Shown here in pieces: positions 1 through 10,546 of a stretch of DNA of 52,316 bases. Origin of the DNA: an uncultured Deinococcaceae bacterium (GTDB taxonomy: Bacteria > Deinococcota > Deinococci > Deinococcales > Deinococcaceae); the NCBI GenBank assembly GCA_964252075.1, contig CAXULY010000040.1, positions 1 to 52,316 of the forward strand. The letters run 5' to 3'. How positions within the stretch are numbered: position 1 is the first letter of the stretch; each line of letters opens with the position of its first letter. The notes below the pieces were generated by a model. That model was not told the DNA's origin, ran no database searches, and saw only the letters and a list, made by a program, of their open reading frames with translations. The translations under genes and the position numbers were made by a program.

Positions 1-554
1 CCAGGTCATCGCGGGAGTGTACAGGTCACAGCCTGAACTACCTGAGGGTCAGTAAACGTGAGACCGTGGAAACGAACGACTGATTGCATGCCTTCCGCCG
101 CGCTGGGGTATCGTCCTACAGTGAGCGCATGCGACGGAAGCGGCTTAAGGAAGACATGATTTACGGGCGTAAATGCGTGGTCTGCCTGCGCAGAAAGCAG
201 GGAATGACGTTCGCCTCGTTTATTAAACTTTGCGCCACCCACAAAATCATTTTGTGCGGTGTTGCACCGAACCTGGGCTAATCAATCTTTGACTCGCTAC
301 CCCGTCTACAGAAGATTTGCTTGATAAAAACTGTGTGTCTTTTGTACCCGCATTGGGAGCGTTTCCTCATCGTTATCGGGTCCGTCTTTGAGGTTACTGC
401 AGCCCCACTCCTCGATGAGAAAATAAAAAATTTGAACCTTCCTCTTCAGACGGCATGCGCCTTGAAAACATCGTGCTTAGCGTTTCCTGGCCGTAGTCCC
501 TTACTGACACGTCCTTCTCCACCGCATCTCTATGCCTCGCTTGATTCCGCGCGC

Positions 555-773
555 CTATGCGCTGCCGGTTTCGTTTCGTTCACGGAGCGTTTCCAGGTCG
601 TGAAGCAGGCGGTCCGCGTGGTTCCGCAACTCCTCAGCTTCCTCAAGGGTCTGCTGCGCGAGGAGGTCCGTGTGTTCAATCACTTCCTGTGCGTCAAGAA
701 TCACCCGCTCGGAGTCCTGAATTGTCTTCTTGGCGTCCTCGATAAGGTGTTCCACCTTCACATCTTGGTCCAT
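555..773 (-). CDS. small acidic coiled-coil hypothetical protein (72 aa)
   Basis: ORF with heptad-like E/L/I/A pattern; GAAGGT immediately upstream of the ATG. Confidence 0.6.
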   Translation of the reverse strand: MDQDVKVEHLIEDAKKTIQDSERVILDAQEVIEHTDLLAQQTLEEAEELRNHADRLLHDLETLRERNETGSA

Positions 774-1341
774 ACCTTCACGCTATGCAGGCCGATTGAA
801 CGCCTCCTCTGGGTGGGGTTCAATCGCCATCATTTCTGAACTGGAGGCCAAGCTTGACTGGGCCAACCATAAAGTGCGCAGCGCCGTGGAACCCCCCGGT
901 GCGGTACCCAGCGTCTAGGTATGGCGGTCTGCCGTAAGCGTGTGCCGAAGATGAACGGGGCTCTACGGACAGAAGGAATGCCGCATTGCCCTGCCTCATG
1001 CGATCGGAATGTTCAGGCGGCTAGCGGTAGCCGCCCACGTGATCTTTTCAGACGCGATCGGAGTGATCAGCCTAGAGCGTCATTTTGCTCCAAACTGCAG
1101 CGCCGCTGGAATGGTCGTTCCTCCTGTCGCGCCTGGGAGGTCCACTCATAGCAGGGACTGTGGACATGGCGGCCCACCGTTTTTCCCATGCCTCACAGTG
1201 GATTACAAATGCGACCGTCGAGTGAGCGTACTAAAGCGGCGTTCGGCCCTCTATGGCCAGTAAAAGATTGAGGGCGAAAAGAGTGATTCCCCATATGCAT
1301 TTTGCCTTTAGTGACACCGCGTGCCGAGCCTTTTCGTTCGA

Positions 1342-1566
1342 TTAGTTCGGTGTCCCGGTGGCGCCCGGTTCATCCAAGAAGTTCGCTATCACTTGCGCCC
1401 CCAGCGTCGCGCGGTGTCGCCTGGCAATCTCACTCACTTGGAAGCGTCCGATGAAGGTGTCAATGATCAGCCCGATGGATGGGGTTCCAAAGTACGGGAC
1501 GAGATCCATGGCGGCCACACCACCTGGTCCGATCTCCATCTTCAGCACCACGCCGTCCCTGTCCAT
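1342..1566 (-). CDS. hypothetical protein (74 aa)
   Basis: Protein-like composition and GC3-rich codons; no recognisable motif. Confidence 0.4.
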   Translation of the reverse strand: MDRDGVVLKMEIGPGGVAAMDLVPYFGTPSIGLIIDTFIGRFQVSEIARRHRATLGAQVIANFLDEPGATGTPN

Positions 1567-2138
1567 GACTCACTTTACCCGAGAGACCGGCGTGTCCTCG
1601 TTTGCATAATGCACCTTTTTATGACGCACACTTCACCAGGGCGCAGGACGGTTGAGTAGGGCCTCCTCTCCTGGTCGCCAAAGCCGCAGTGCATGAATCT
1701 CCGCCGCTGATAGGGCCGCCTCGTCGCGCGGCGCTTCCGGCCGCCCAAAATTAGTAGACCACCCTACAAGCATTTCTCGCTCCCATCGCCCACGCGACCG
1801 TACTGGACGCCCGTTTGGCTCGCCTTCAAGGGGTTTTTATGCTCTTCCTGACCATGGATTAGTCAACACTCATCCTTACCCATTAGGAGGGCTTGGCCCA
1901 CCAAGCGGCATGGCAGATGAGCAATTGAACGTTGCGTATCAGGAGGTGGGGACCTGCACGCTGACTGTGCCCTGAGATGGCGTGGGACATGTCGCACAAG
2001 ACATCGCCACAGTTCTTCGGGCATTTGGCTAAGCACGCGGTTGAATATCGCGCAGAGGGCATTAAGACAAGAATCGTCGTCGATATCCCTTTGTCCCCTA
2101 TTAACCCTTAGAGGCATTTAGGGCCATAGTAGGAACAA

Positions 2139-2627
2139 ATGAACACCCTCACAGTGCACCTGCATGACGGCGAACGCGTGCTCCTCAACCTTGAGACCAC
2201 CACCACCGCACAACCGCACGATGTCCTCAATGCCTTCATGGCCCTGCTGGACACGCCCAACCGCGCCGGAATTCCATCCAAAGCACGGCCTGTGGGCAAA
2301 TACGCGCCGCTGGCCGACCACCTCGAAGCCCTCGATCAACCCTCGATCCAGCTGACATTCACGCAGATCGAGCACCTGCTGGGCGTCGCGCTCCCGGACT
2401 CTGCCCATGAGCACCGGGCGTGGTGGGCCAATGACGTCACCCATTCCCAAGCCCGTGCCTGGACATCGATTGGCTGGCAGAGCAGCGACGTGGGCTTGAA
2501 CACCAAAACCGTCAAGTTCATCCGTGCGTCCCTTCCCCAGGCGGCGGAGCCCACGTCCAAAAAACAGCCGACCCTGGTCATCGGTGGCGTCAGGTTGCCC
2601 CTGGTGCGTGATCGGCGATCCAAGTGA
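2139..2627 (+). CDS. DUF7662-like domain protein (possible nucleic-acid binding)
   Basis: Motif KYAPLxxHL...LTFxQIExLLGxxLPxSA...AWWAND..HSQARAW...GW...V.F.R; AGGA RBS. Confidence 0.75.
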   Translation: MNTLTVHLHDGERVLLNLETTTTAQPHDVLNAFMALLDTPNRAGIPSKARPVGKYAPLADHLEALDQPSIQLTFTQIEHLLGVALPDSAHEHRAWWANDVTHSQARAWTSIGWQSSDVGLNTKTVKFIRASLPQAAEPTSKKQPTLVIGGVRLPLVRDRRSK

Positions 2628-3160
2628 CACGATTGCCATGCGGTGACCTCAGCGATGATGGGCTTCCTAAACCGCTTTGAGTTGAAGAGATCAGCATTCG
2701 TGCAGCACAAGCCACATCCCGGTGCCCATATCACCACCGATCCGCACCTGCGAAGAGGACCCTTGGGATCAGCGCAGCCACCGTGGGCCTCGTCGGAAAA
2801 TGCCAGAAGGCCCTGAAGTGCCGGACATCCTGCCCAGGTGGGGACGTGGCAGGACCCGTGGGCGGTGCCTGCCGCGGGTCGCGTTGTGGCGTGAACACGG
2901 ATTGCGCTGATGAGTGAAGTTGGCGCGGCGGTCCTGTCAAAGAGATTTGCCGCGAACCAGTCCTCGCTCTTCGAACGCTGAGGCCCGGCTCGAATAATCG
3001 GTTTCAGCATGGCGCCTTGCCTGCGCTGGTATACTCGCGCCGTGTCCACCAGCACCCTCGTCTGATCTGAAGGCGTGAACCGCCATCACGGGACTCCGCG
3101 AAGGGTCATCACCGTGATCGGTTTGGCGCTCCCTGTCCCGGACAAACGAGGTGAACGCGA

Positions 3161-3631
3161 ATGACGACCTTGCATCTGATTGTTGGGCTGCCGTGTGCTG
3201 GAAAAACAACCTACGCCAGAGCACTTGAGCGTGAACAGTCCGCCATCCGACTCACGCTGGACGAGTGGCACATCCAGCTGTTCGGCCGGGACTTCACCCT
3301 GGATTTCGTGCATCCGGAACACGGTGCGCGCCATCAGCGGATCGAGCAGGTGATGTGGGGGGTCGCCGCTCGAGCCCTTCAGCTCGGCGTGCCTGTGATT
3401 CTCGACTACGGCCTGTGGGGCAGAAGCGAACGGGACGACTACCGCGCTCGAGCGGCCGCGCTGGGTGTTCATTGCCAGGTGCATTACCTGCACGTGCCGG
3501 TCGACGTGATGCTGACGCGACTTGAGCTCAGGAACGCGAACCTGCCCGAGGGCAGCTTTCAGATTCCTGTCGGGACGCTCCTTGAGTGGACGAAGGTGTT
3601 TCAGGCGCCCACCGCGGACGAGTTGCTGTGA
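3161..3631 (+). CDS. AAA_33-family P-loop kinase/ATPase
   Basis: Walker A GLPCAGKTT, LTLDEW, VILDYGLWGRSER; GAGGTG RBS. Confidence 0.9.
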   Translation: MTTLHLIVGLPCAGKTTYARALEREQSAIRLTLDEWHIQLFGRDFTLDFVHPEHGARHQRIEQVMWGVAARALQLGVPVILDYGLWGRSERDDYRARAAALGVHCQVHYLHVPVDVMLTRLELRNANLPEGSFQIPVGTLLEWTKVFQAPTADELL

Positions 3632-3765
3632 GTTCTGCAGCCGTCCGCGTGACCTCTTTCCACGTAACGTGGTGCGCATGGTGGGTCCCAACCTGCGGTG
3701 CGGGTCAGGCTTGAGGCGCCTCCAGCAGCCATTCAACCAGCCATACCGGGCGGTATCCGCGCGGG

Positions 3766-4662
3766 TCACCGCGCCATCGCCGGGTCCAGCGGCGCATGGT
3801 GCAGTCCAACGGTCGCGAGTTGCTCCAGACTCAGGTGCCACAGGCGGTCCTGCAGGGCCTCATTGAGCGTGATGGGGGTGGTCGGCGCGAAGCGGTCCTT
3901 GTTGAAGAACCGCCCATTGATGCCCTGCACCTCCGGCGAGGAGGCCAGATGCACCGCGGGGAAGGCCCCGCGCTCGGGACTTCGCTTGAGGGGCGTGATC
4001 AGCGCGTTCAACAGGCGGTTCAGACCACGCGCGTCGCGGGCAATCCCGGTGTCCACGATGCCCGGGTTGACGGCGTTCACCGTGAGTTCAAGGCCATCCA
4101 GGCGGCGGGCCAGCGCCAGCGTGAAGAGGTGGTTGGCGAGTTTGGATTGCAGGTAGGCGCCACCCGCGCTGTAGCGCCGCTCGCCCTGCAGGTTGGTGAA
4201 GTCGAGCCTGCGGGCGTACCAGCCGGACGCGACATTGACGATGCGGGCCGGGGCGCTCGCGCGCAGCAGCGGCAGCAGCGTCAAGGTGAGTTCGACGGAG
4301 GCGAGGTGGTTCAGCGCCCAGGTGCGTTCAAAGCCGTCCGGGGTGAGTCGGCGTTCATCGAAGGTGCCGCCCGCGTTGTTCACCAGCACGTGCAGGCGCG
4401 GGTGCGTGGCCTGAAGTTGCTGGGCGAGCGCGCGCACCTCGGCGAGGTGACAGAAGTCGGCAAGCAGGTGGGTCACCCGGGGGTTCCCGCTCTGCCGCTG
4501 AAGGTCGGTGACGGCCGCCTGCGTGCGCGAGGCGTCGCGGCCCGTGATGATCACTTCCATGCCCTGCCGGGCGAGGGCGAGCGCCGTCGCCCGGCCAATG
4601 CCGGAGGTCCCGCCCGTGACGAGCGCCACCCTGGAGTCCAGTGAAGCGGCTGAATTTGTCAT
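3766..4662 (-). CDS. short-chain dehydrogenase/reductase (retinol dehydrogenase/WWOX-like)
   Basis: TGGTSGIG, NNAG, YLQSK catalytic motif, NPG; start moved to ATG 4662 after GGAGG. Confidence 0.93.
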   Translation of the reverse strand: MTNSAASLDSRVALVTGGTSGIGRATALALARQGMEVIITGRDASRTQAAVTDLQRQSGNPRVTHLLADFCHLAEVRALAQQLQATHPRLHVLVNNAGGTFDERRLTPDGFERTWALNHLASVELTLTLLPLLRASAPARIVNVASGWYARRLDFTNLQGERRYSAGGAYLQSKLANHLFTLALARRLDGLELTVNAVNPGIVDTGIARDARGLNRLLNALITPLKRSPERGAFPAVHLASSPEVQGINGRFFNKDRFAPTTPITLNEALQDRLWHLSLEQLATVGLHHAPLDPAMAR

Positions 4663-4747
4663 CTTGAAGACCTCCCTGTTCTCGGTTACTCTTTGTTCCC
4701 TGCAGCAGTATGGGAACCGCTGAAGTAGCGCGCAAGGAGGCACACGC

Positions 4748-5164
4748 ATGTCACCAGGTCACCTGAATCTTCCCGCCCTCGGTCTCCACGAGTGCCCGCC
4801 GGTACAGGCCCCCTGCGTGGAGGTCAAGGAGGTCCTGAACCGCGTTGGGGACAAATGGAGCCTGTACGTGGTGGTGCACCTGCACGGTGGGCCACTGCGC
4901 TTCAACGAACTCAGGCGCCGCATCGATGGCGTCTCGCAGCGCATGCTGACCCTCACCCTGCGCGGCCTGGAGCGCGACGGCCTCCTCACCCGCACGGTTC
5001 ACCCCAGCAAGCCGCCCAGCGTGACCTACGCCCTGACCCCACTGGGCGCGACCCTAATCGACCCGGTGGTGACGCTTGTGCGCTGGGCGCAGATGCACCG
5101 CGCGGACATCGAGCGGGCGCGCCTCACCTTCGACGCTCAGGATGACGCGTGGGAAGCTGACTGA
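4748..5164 (+). CDS. HxlR-family winged-helix transcriptional regulator
   Basis: C-x-VKEVLNRVGDKWS, LRFNEL, SQRMLTxTLRxLERDGL, PPSVTYxLT; AGGAGG RBS; divergent from the SDR. Confidence 0.93.
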   Translation: MSPGHLNLPALGLHECPPVQAPCVEVKEVLNRVGDKWSLYVVVHLHGGPLRFNELRRRIDGVSQRMLTLTLRGLERDGLLTRTVHPSKPPSVTYALTPLGATLIDPVVTLVRWAQMHRADIERARLTFDAQDDAWEAD

Positions 5165-5299
5165 GGACGCTCACAGGCATACCCTCGTGCTGGACGGCTG
5201 CAGACCGGGCGTGGTGCTCCGACCGCACGTGCTCCCCTGCTGCGCTCCGACCCATCAGCCTCACGCACTGACCAACCTCGCGCAACTGGGTGTGGAGCG

Positions 5300-5560
5300 A
5301 AAGGTGTCAAACACGTCCCAGATCGTTGCTGGTTGCAGGGGATCGTCGAGCGGTGTGGGGTTGGAGGACATTGAGGTCGATACGGTGCGCGGCCATGTCC
5401 TTCTTGCGCCGGGCCTGCTGCGGCCCAGACGCGCGGCAGACACGGACTGTCTTGTGCCAATTGAAAGCGTCCTCTCCTGTTCGCGCCTGAGATGTCAGCG
5501 AGGATGGCTGGTGTCATGGGCGGTCGAGCTGATCCAGGACCGCCGCTCGGTTCAACCGCT
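5300..5560 (-). mobile_element. possible highly degraded IS3-family transposase remnant
   Basis: Fragments in different minus frames (LRRE, NWHKTVRVCRASGPQQARRKK, PLQPATIW) loosely recall the IS3 OrfB HTH_21/rve junction; no IRs seen. Confidence 0.2.
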
Positions 5561-5701
5561 CATCTTCCACGTTCGGTGATGCGAGGAGCGCTCGTTCTGA
5601 CTGACGGAGCGTGAGGATGGGGGTTGGTTCTGCGGCTGTTGAGTCGTGAGGATGCGTTCGATCAGGCGAAGGCCGGCCATGGGTGATTCGGAGAATGCTG
5701 A

Positions 5702-6408
5702 GCCACGGTGCTCGTCGCGGACGCGATCCTCGGCCCGTACCGGGTGGTGCGCACGGAGCTGATGCCGCTCGGCATAAGCGCCGGAGATTTCGACCTGGTC
5801 GTCGATCCCGACAGCGGTAGGGCCTACTACACTTCGAGCGCGTGCCCAGGGAACTGATCGTCGCGGACCTCACGGACGACGACACGGACGTAACCGGGCA
5901 GTTCTCCACGCTCTTCCCGCACCCGCACCCGCCGTTCGTGCGGGAAGCCCCGGCGCACTTCCGGCGCGGGCCCCTGCACGACCTGCTGACGTCCGGCACC
6001 ACCGGGTATTTCCCGAACGCGTCGGAAGTGGCGGTCGCCCGGGCGTACCACGGGTCCTGGACGGTGCTGGGCGACCCGCACCCGCAGGACGAGACCCGCA
6101 CGTCGTACCGCTCGCAGATCTGCTCGGTGTTCAAGCACCCGCACAAGCGGGACCTGTACATCGCGCTGGCGGATCGCTGGCTGGGCGACCGGCAGGTGGA
6201 CGCGCGCAAGGCCGCGTCGATGCTGGAGACGGCCTTCGCGAGTGGCAACCCCAGCGAGCACTTCGCCCGGTACAAGCAGGAGGACCCGGAGGTGTTCGCC
6301 GCGCCGGACACCTCTCGCGCGGGGTACGTGTGGCTGCCCGTACGCTTCGACGGGGAGATGGCCCACCTCGACTGGCACGACGAATGGCGCATCGAAGATT
6401 ACGAGTGG
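5702..6408 (+). pseudogene. glycoside hydrolase family 43 (CtGH43/galactanase-like), 5'-truncated and frameshifted
   Basis: ATVLVADAILGPY...SAGDFDLVVDPDSGRAYY, then a 1-nt loss at ~5831, then FERV..ELIVADLTDD..REAPA..TSGTTGYFPN..SQ..ADRW..YVWLP..W.DEW; no start or N-terminus. Confidence 0.8.
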
Positions 6409-7059
6409 GCAACAGGCCGGCGGCTGACGTCACGCGGTGCGGGCGTTCCCGGTCGGCTACCCTTCCTTAGAGGTCCGTCTGGGCGGTCCCGCCCCCCACT
6501 CGCCTGCCGGGTTCCGGATCGCGGGGGTGCGCTGCATGGGCCTCATCCGGTCCAGCTACCACCTCGACGCCTGCCATCCCGCGGCGACGTTGAGTGCCTG
6601 CACACCACCCGCGCCGCTCACCCCCACCAGCGCAGCCCCTTGCCCTCTCGTTAAGGGCTGCAGGTCAGCGCACCGTGGACCACAAGGGCTCGAAACCGCC
6701 AAACGTCCATGGACGCCGGTGCAGGCTTGAAAGGTGCTGGTGGGCAGGTACGCCGATGACTCTTTCCGTCCACCCACCGCCGCGCTGGCCCCCGTGTGTA
6801 CCGTTGAGGAGCGCGTCCGGAGTGCGCGAAGCCGCCGCCTTCTTTGCTGCGCCAAGTCCTTTGCGGACCAATGCCAGCGCGACACCCTCACAGACAGTGC
6901 TGGTGCGGTGTTCGGCGTCGTGGCGCACCAACAGCTCAGCCTCGCCCCTGGCGCTGACAGCTCGGCCCGACGTGCAGCTGTGGCGCCACGCGTGAACAGC
7001 CGGGGCTGGACGCGACGACACCCGCGCGGCGGTCCGGCGCGCTTTCACTGGAGCTGGGC

Positions 7060-7716
7060 TCAGGTCAAGGCCTGGTCCCGCAGCACCAACCGCCGCGACC
7101 CCACCGAGGCCGTCAGGATGAACGGGGTGGGCACGGCGGGGCGGTCCACGGGAAACCAGCCGCGCCCCTCGCGGACCACGATCAGCATGCCGTCGTGGCC
7201 GCCCACCGCCGTGAAGGTGTCGCTGCCGCCGTTGAAGGCCCGCAGCCCGAAACGCTCGTCGAGACACTGCACCGCCGCGGGCACGTCCGGCACGACCACC
7301 CCAAGTTCGCTGACGCGCAGGAGGCCCACCGCGCCAAACGGCCCGTTCCCAGTCTGGTTCAGGTCATGACGCGCGATTAACTCCAGGATGTTGCCCTCAG
7401 GGTCGTCGAAATACAGGTTGGTGGTGTTCCAGGCGCCCTGTGGTGGGAACCGCTGCACTCCGCTGGGATCCGGGAGGAGGTCCACCCGCCGCCGCAGCCA
7501 CGCCTCGGCGGCGTCCACCTGCGCTGGTGGAACGTCGAAGGCAAGGTGATAGAAGCCACGAAACCCGGGCTCCTGCCGGAAGGTCAGGTGCGTGGCACCC
7601 ACCTGGACGGTCAGGGTGAGCGCACTGAGCTGGACGGGCAGTTCAAGCACCGAGCCATAGAAGGCGTGCAGGGCCGCGAGGTCGCGCGTGAGAAGGGTCA
7701 GGGATTCGATCTGCAC
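7060..7716 (-). CDS. two-domain VOC/glyoxalase family protein
   Basis: FYGSVLEL, YHLAFDV, LYFDDPEGNILELI; leaderless GTG 6 nt after TAGCCT. Confidence 0.9.
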   Translation of the reverse strand: MQIESLTLLTRDLAALHAFYGSVLELPVQLSALTLTVQVGATHLTFRQEPGFRGFYHLAFDVPPAQVDAAEAWLRRRVDLLPDPSGVQRFPPQGAWNTTNLYFDDPEGNILELIARHDLNQTGNGPFGAVGLLRVSELGVVVPDVPAAVQCLDERFGLRAFNGGSDTFTAVGGHDGMLIVVREGRGWFPVDRPAVPTPFILTASVGSRRLVLRDQALT

Positions 7717-7722
7717 GCCGTC

Positions 7723-7753
7723 AGGCTAGAACCTCAAGTAAACTTGAGGTCAA
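7723..7753 (-). promoter_or_regulatory. SoxR-type promoter: -35 TTGACC, 19-bp spacer with SoxR box CCTCAAGTTTACTTGAGG, -10 TAGCCT
   Basis: Dyad ACCTCAAGT-AA-ACTTGAGGT at 7731-7750 matches the canonical SoxR box; the 19-bp spacer is typical of MerR-family promoters. Confidence 0.92.
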
Positions 7754-7768
7754 GGGTTGGAGGGAAAG

Positions 7769-8197
7769 ATGCCAGAACTGACGCCCGGACAGGTCGCGCA
7801 GCGCAGTGGGGTGGCGGTGTCCGCCCTGCACCACTACGAGAAGGAAGGGTTGATCCGCTCCACCCGCACCAGCGGCAACCAGCGGCGATACGCGCGCGAA
7901 ACCCTGCGGCGCCTGGCGTTCATCCGCGCGGCGCAGCGGGTCGGGGTGCCGCTCGCGGAGATCCGAAGGGCCCTGGACGCCCTCCCGGAAGGGCGCACAC
8001 CCACCGCCACGGACTGGGCGCGCCTGTCCCAGGCGTGGCGGGACGAGCTGGACGCGCGCATCGCCACCCTGACCCACCTGCGAGACGACCTGACCGGGTG
8101 TATCCGGTGCGGTTGCCTGTCCCTGGACACCTGCCGCCTGTACAACCCCGACGACCGGTTCGGGCAGGCGCACCCTGGGCGCAACACCCTACTGTGA
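7769..8197 (+). CDS. soxR: redox-sensitive [2Fe-2S] transcriptional activator SoxR
   Basis: LTPGQVAQRSGVAVSALHHYE, RTSGNQRRY, C-terminal GCIRCGCLSLDTCRLYNP. Confidence 0.96.
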   Translation: MPELTPGQVAQRSGVAVSALHHYEKEGLIRSTRTSGNQRRYARETLRRLAFIRAAQRVGVPLAEIRRALDALPEGRTPTATDWARLSQAWRDELDARIATLTHLRDDLTGCIRCGCLSLDTCRLYNPDDRFGQAHPGRNTLL

Positions 8198-8711
8198 GGG
8201 GACCACCAGGCGCCCCTCATGCAGCAGAAAGCGGACGGCAGGGTATTGAAGGCTCGCGCCTCGCCTTCCCAGCACAGTGGCACGCCTGTGACGCACTGCC
8301 CTGTCAGCACCATGGGTGTCACAAGAGTGCTCAACGGTGTTCTTCGTTGACGAGCGTGAACAGCGCGCTCGCCGTGACCATGAGTCTCACCGCCACAGGC
8401 CTAGAACGCACTGGCAGGACAGCTGCGCGCGTCATCACCGGCCATGGCAGCGTGTACGGTGCCGTCATGGTTTTGCGTTGCTTTTGGGTCTCTCCGCGCT
8501 TGTCCAGCACCCGCACCCTCCCACCAGGAGGGCGGAGTTGAGGCTGTTCACGTGCGGTCCCCCGTCACAAGCGTCAAGGGACGCCACGAACGGATGGCCG
8601 CGGACGCCATCTCAACGGTTGCCTCGGTATACACATCCAGGATGGGCACCCGAAGGGCCGCTCCAACATCCAGGCAGCGTGGGGCGAGCGGTGCAGCGCT
8701 CCTCACCCTCT

Positions 8712-9419
8712 TCAGTCCCTGGCCAGGCTTTGGGCGTAGAACACGCCTGGGTCGGCCGCCAGCGAGGCTTTGACCTGGGTGCTCCATTCATCCACGAGCA
8801 CTTCGAGCCTGTTGGCTTCAATGCCGTCCAGGGCGGCGCGCGCCACGTCGGAGGGATCAACCATGGGTCCCGCGTAGCCGGCCATCATGTCGGTGTCGGC
8901 CGCGCCCAGGTGAACGCCGGTCACCAGGGTGCCCTGGTGGGCAAGTTCCAGCCGGATGCCGTTCGTGAGGCTCCATGCCGCCGCTTTGGCGGCCGCGTAG
9001 GCGTTCGCGCCGTCGTAGGAGAACCAGGAGAGGGCGGACAGCACGTTGAGGACGGCCCCGCCGCCGTTGCGACCCAGGATCGGCGCGAAGGCCCGCACCA
9101 TGTTCAAGGTGCCGTAGTAATGGGTGTCCATCTCCAGCCGAATCTGGTCCAGGTCGCCGGTGATCAGGTTGTGGGTGGTCGACACACCGGCGTTGTTCAC
9201 CAGCAGGGTCACGTCTGGGGCGGCGGCCGCGACGGCGGCGACCGACTGCGGGTCCGTGATGTCCAGCTGCAGCACGTGCACGCCGGGGACAATGATGCTT
9301 TCAGGGCGACGTGCCGTGGCATACACCTTGGCGCCTCGGTCGACGAGTTGCTCGGCGAAGCGGCGGCCGATGCCCCGGTTTGCTCCGGTGACCAGGGCAA
9401 CGCTGTTTGCAATCTTCAT
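8712..9419 (-). CDS. SDR family oxidoreductase
   Basis: TGANRGIG, NNAG, YAAAK; AGGAG RBS. Confidence 0.94.
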   Translation of the reverse strand: MKIANSVALVTGANRGIGRRFAEQLVDRGAKVYATARRPESIIVPGVHVLQLDITDPQSVAAVAAAAPDVTLLVNNAGVSTTHNLITGDLDQIRLEMDTHYYGTLNMVRAFAPILGRNGGGAVLNVLSALSWFSYDGANAYAAAKAAAWSLTNGIRLELAHQGTLVTGVHLGAADTDMMAGYAGPMVDPSDVARAALDGIEANRLEVLVDEWSTQVKASLAADPGVFYAQSLARD

Positions 9420-9607
9420 GGTGAACTCCTGTGAGGTGTCGGCTGACTTGAGCGTGTGGCTCCCGACGCCGTTACTCTAAGGATCAGCGCAGAGGCAGTA
9501 AATGCTCTGGAGCCTCACTTTCATACCCAAATGCCTCAAACCGGATTTTGAGGGCGTCTGTGGTGCACAACCGGATCCACCATGCGGCTGTGCGGTACGG
9601 TCGAGTT

Positions 9608-10546
9608 ATGGATCTCCTGGCCGATGTCCTCTCCACCTCCGGCGTCCGCGGGACGGTCGGCGCACGCATCGAAGCGGGTGAATCGTGGCGGTGGCATGCG
9701 CCGTGCACGGTGGACGCCGCGTTCCACGCCGTGACTTCCGGGACGGTCTGGCTCAGCCTTCCAGACGAGCCGGCCATCAAGCTGTCGCCGGGCGACGTTG
9801 TGCTGCTGCCGACGGGCTGCGAACACCACCTGGCCAGTGACCTGGACAGCATGACGCTCACGCGCCACCAGGCCAGTCCCCCAGTCGAACAGCGGGACGG
9901 CGGGGTCTTTCGCATCGGCTCGGGGCCCGTCCAGGCGCACATCCTGTGCGCCCACTACCAGCATGACCCGGCGGTGTCGGTCCAGGTGCTAAAGCGCCTC
10001 CCTGCACTGATCCACATCCGCTCGGATCATGGGGGTGACGCCCTGAGCGACACGGTCCGGCTGCTCGCGCGCGAACTCGCGCATCCTCAGCCGGCGACCA
10101 CCGTGGTGCTCAACCGTCTGGTGGACATCCTGCTGGTGCAGCTCCTGAGGGCGTGGCTGGCGTCCAGACCCGCCGCCGCCCAGATGTCCTGGCTGGGCGT
10201 CCTGAACGACCCCCTGATCGGTCAGGCCCTGACGAGGTTGCATCAGGACCCCGCCCACCCGTGGACGACGGCCGCCCTCGCGGCCGACCTTCAGGTGTCG
10301 CGGGCCACCTTATCGCGCCGCTTTCCGGCGGTGGTCGGCCAGACGCCCGGTGATTACCTGACCCGTTGGCGCATGGATCTGGCGGCCCTGCGCCTCCGCG
10401 ACACGAACGAGGCCCTGGAAGACATCGCTCAGGCGGTCGGTTACACGTCCGTCTACGCCTTCAGTCGGGCTTTCCGCCGCGTCCGTGGCCTCCCGCCCGC
10501 CCGGTACCGCCTCACAGCCCGCCAGACTTCAAAGGCTGAAGGCTGA
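9608..10546 (+). CDS. AraC family regulator with N-terminal cupin_6 domain (RclR-like)
   Basis: MDLLADVL, FHAVTSG, PAHPWT, SRATLSRRF, YLTRWRM, VGYTSVYAFSRAF; leaderless after TACGGT. Confidence 0.93.
   Translation: MDLLADVLSTSGVRGTVGARIEAGESWRWHAPCTVDAAFHAVTSGTVWLSLPDEPAIKLSPGDVVLLPTGCEHHLASDLDSMTLTRHQASPPVEQRDGGVFRIGSGPVQAHILCAHYQHDPAVSVQVLKRLPALIHIRSDHGGDALSDTVRLLARELAHPQPATTVVLNRLVDILLVQLLRAWLASRPAAAQMSWLGVLNDPLIGQALTRLHQDPAHPWTTAALAADLQVSRATLSRRFPAVVGQTPGDYLTRWRMDLAALRLRDTNEALEDIAQAVGYTSVYAFSRAFRRVRGLPPARYRLTARQTSKAEG

Noticed and set aside
2800..2910. MPEGPEV start resembling the Nei/Fpg N-terminus
   Set aside because: The ORF ends after ~36 aa with no further similarity; likely chance
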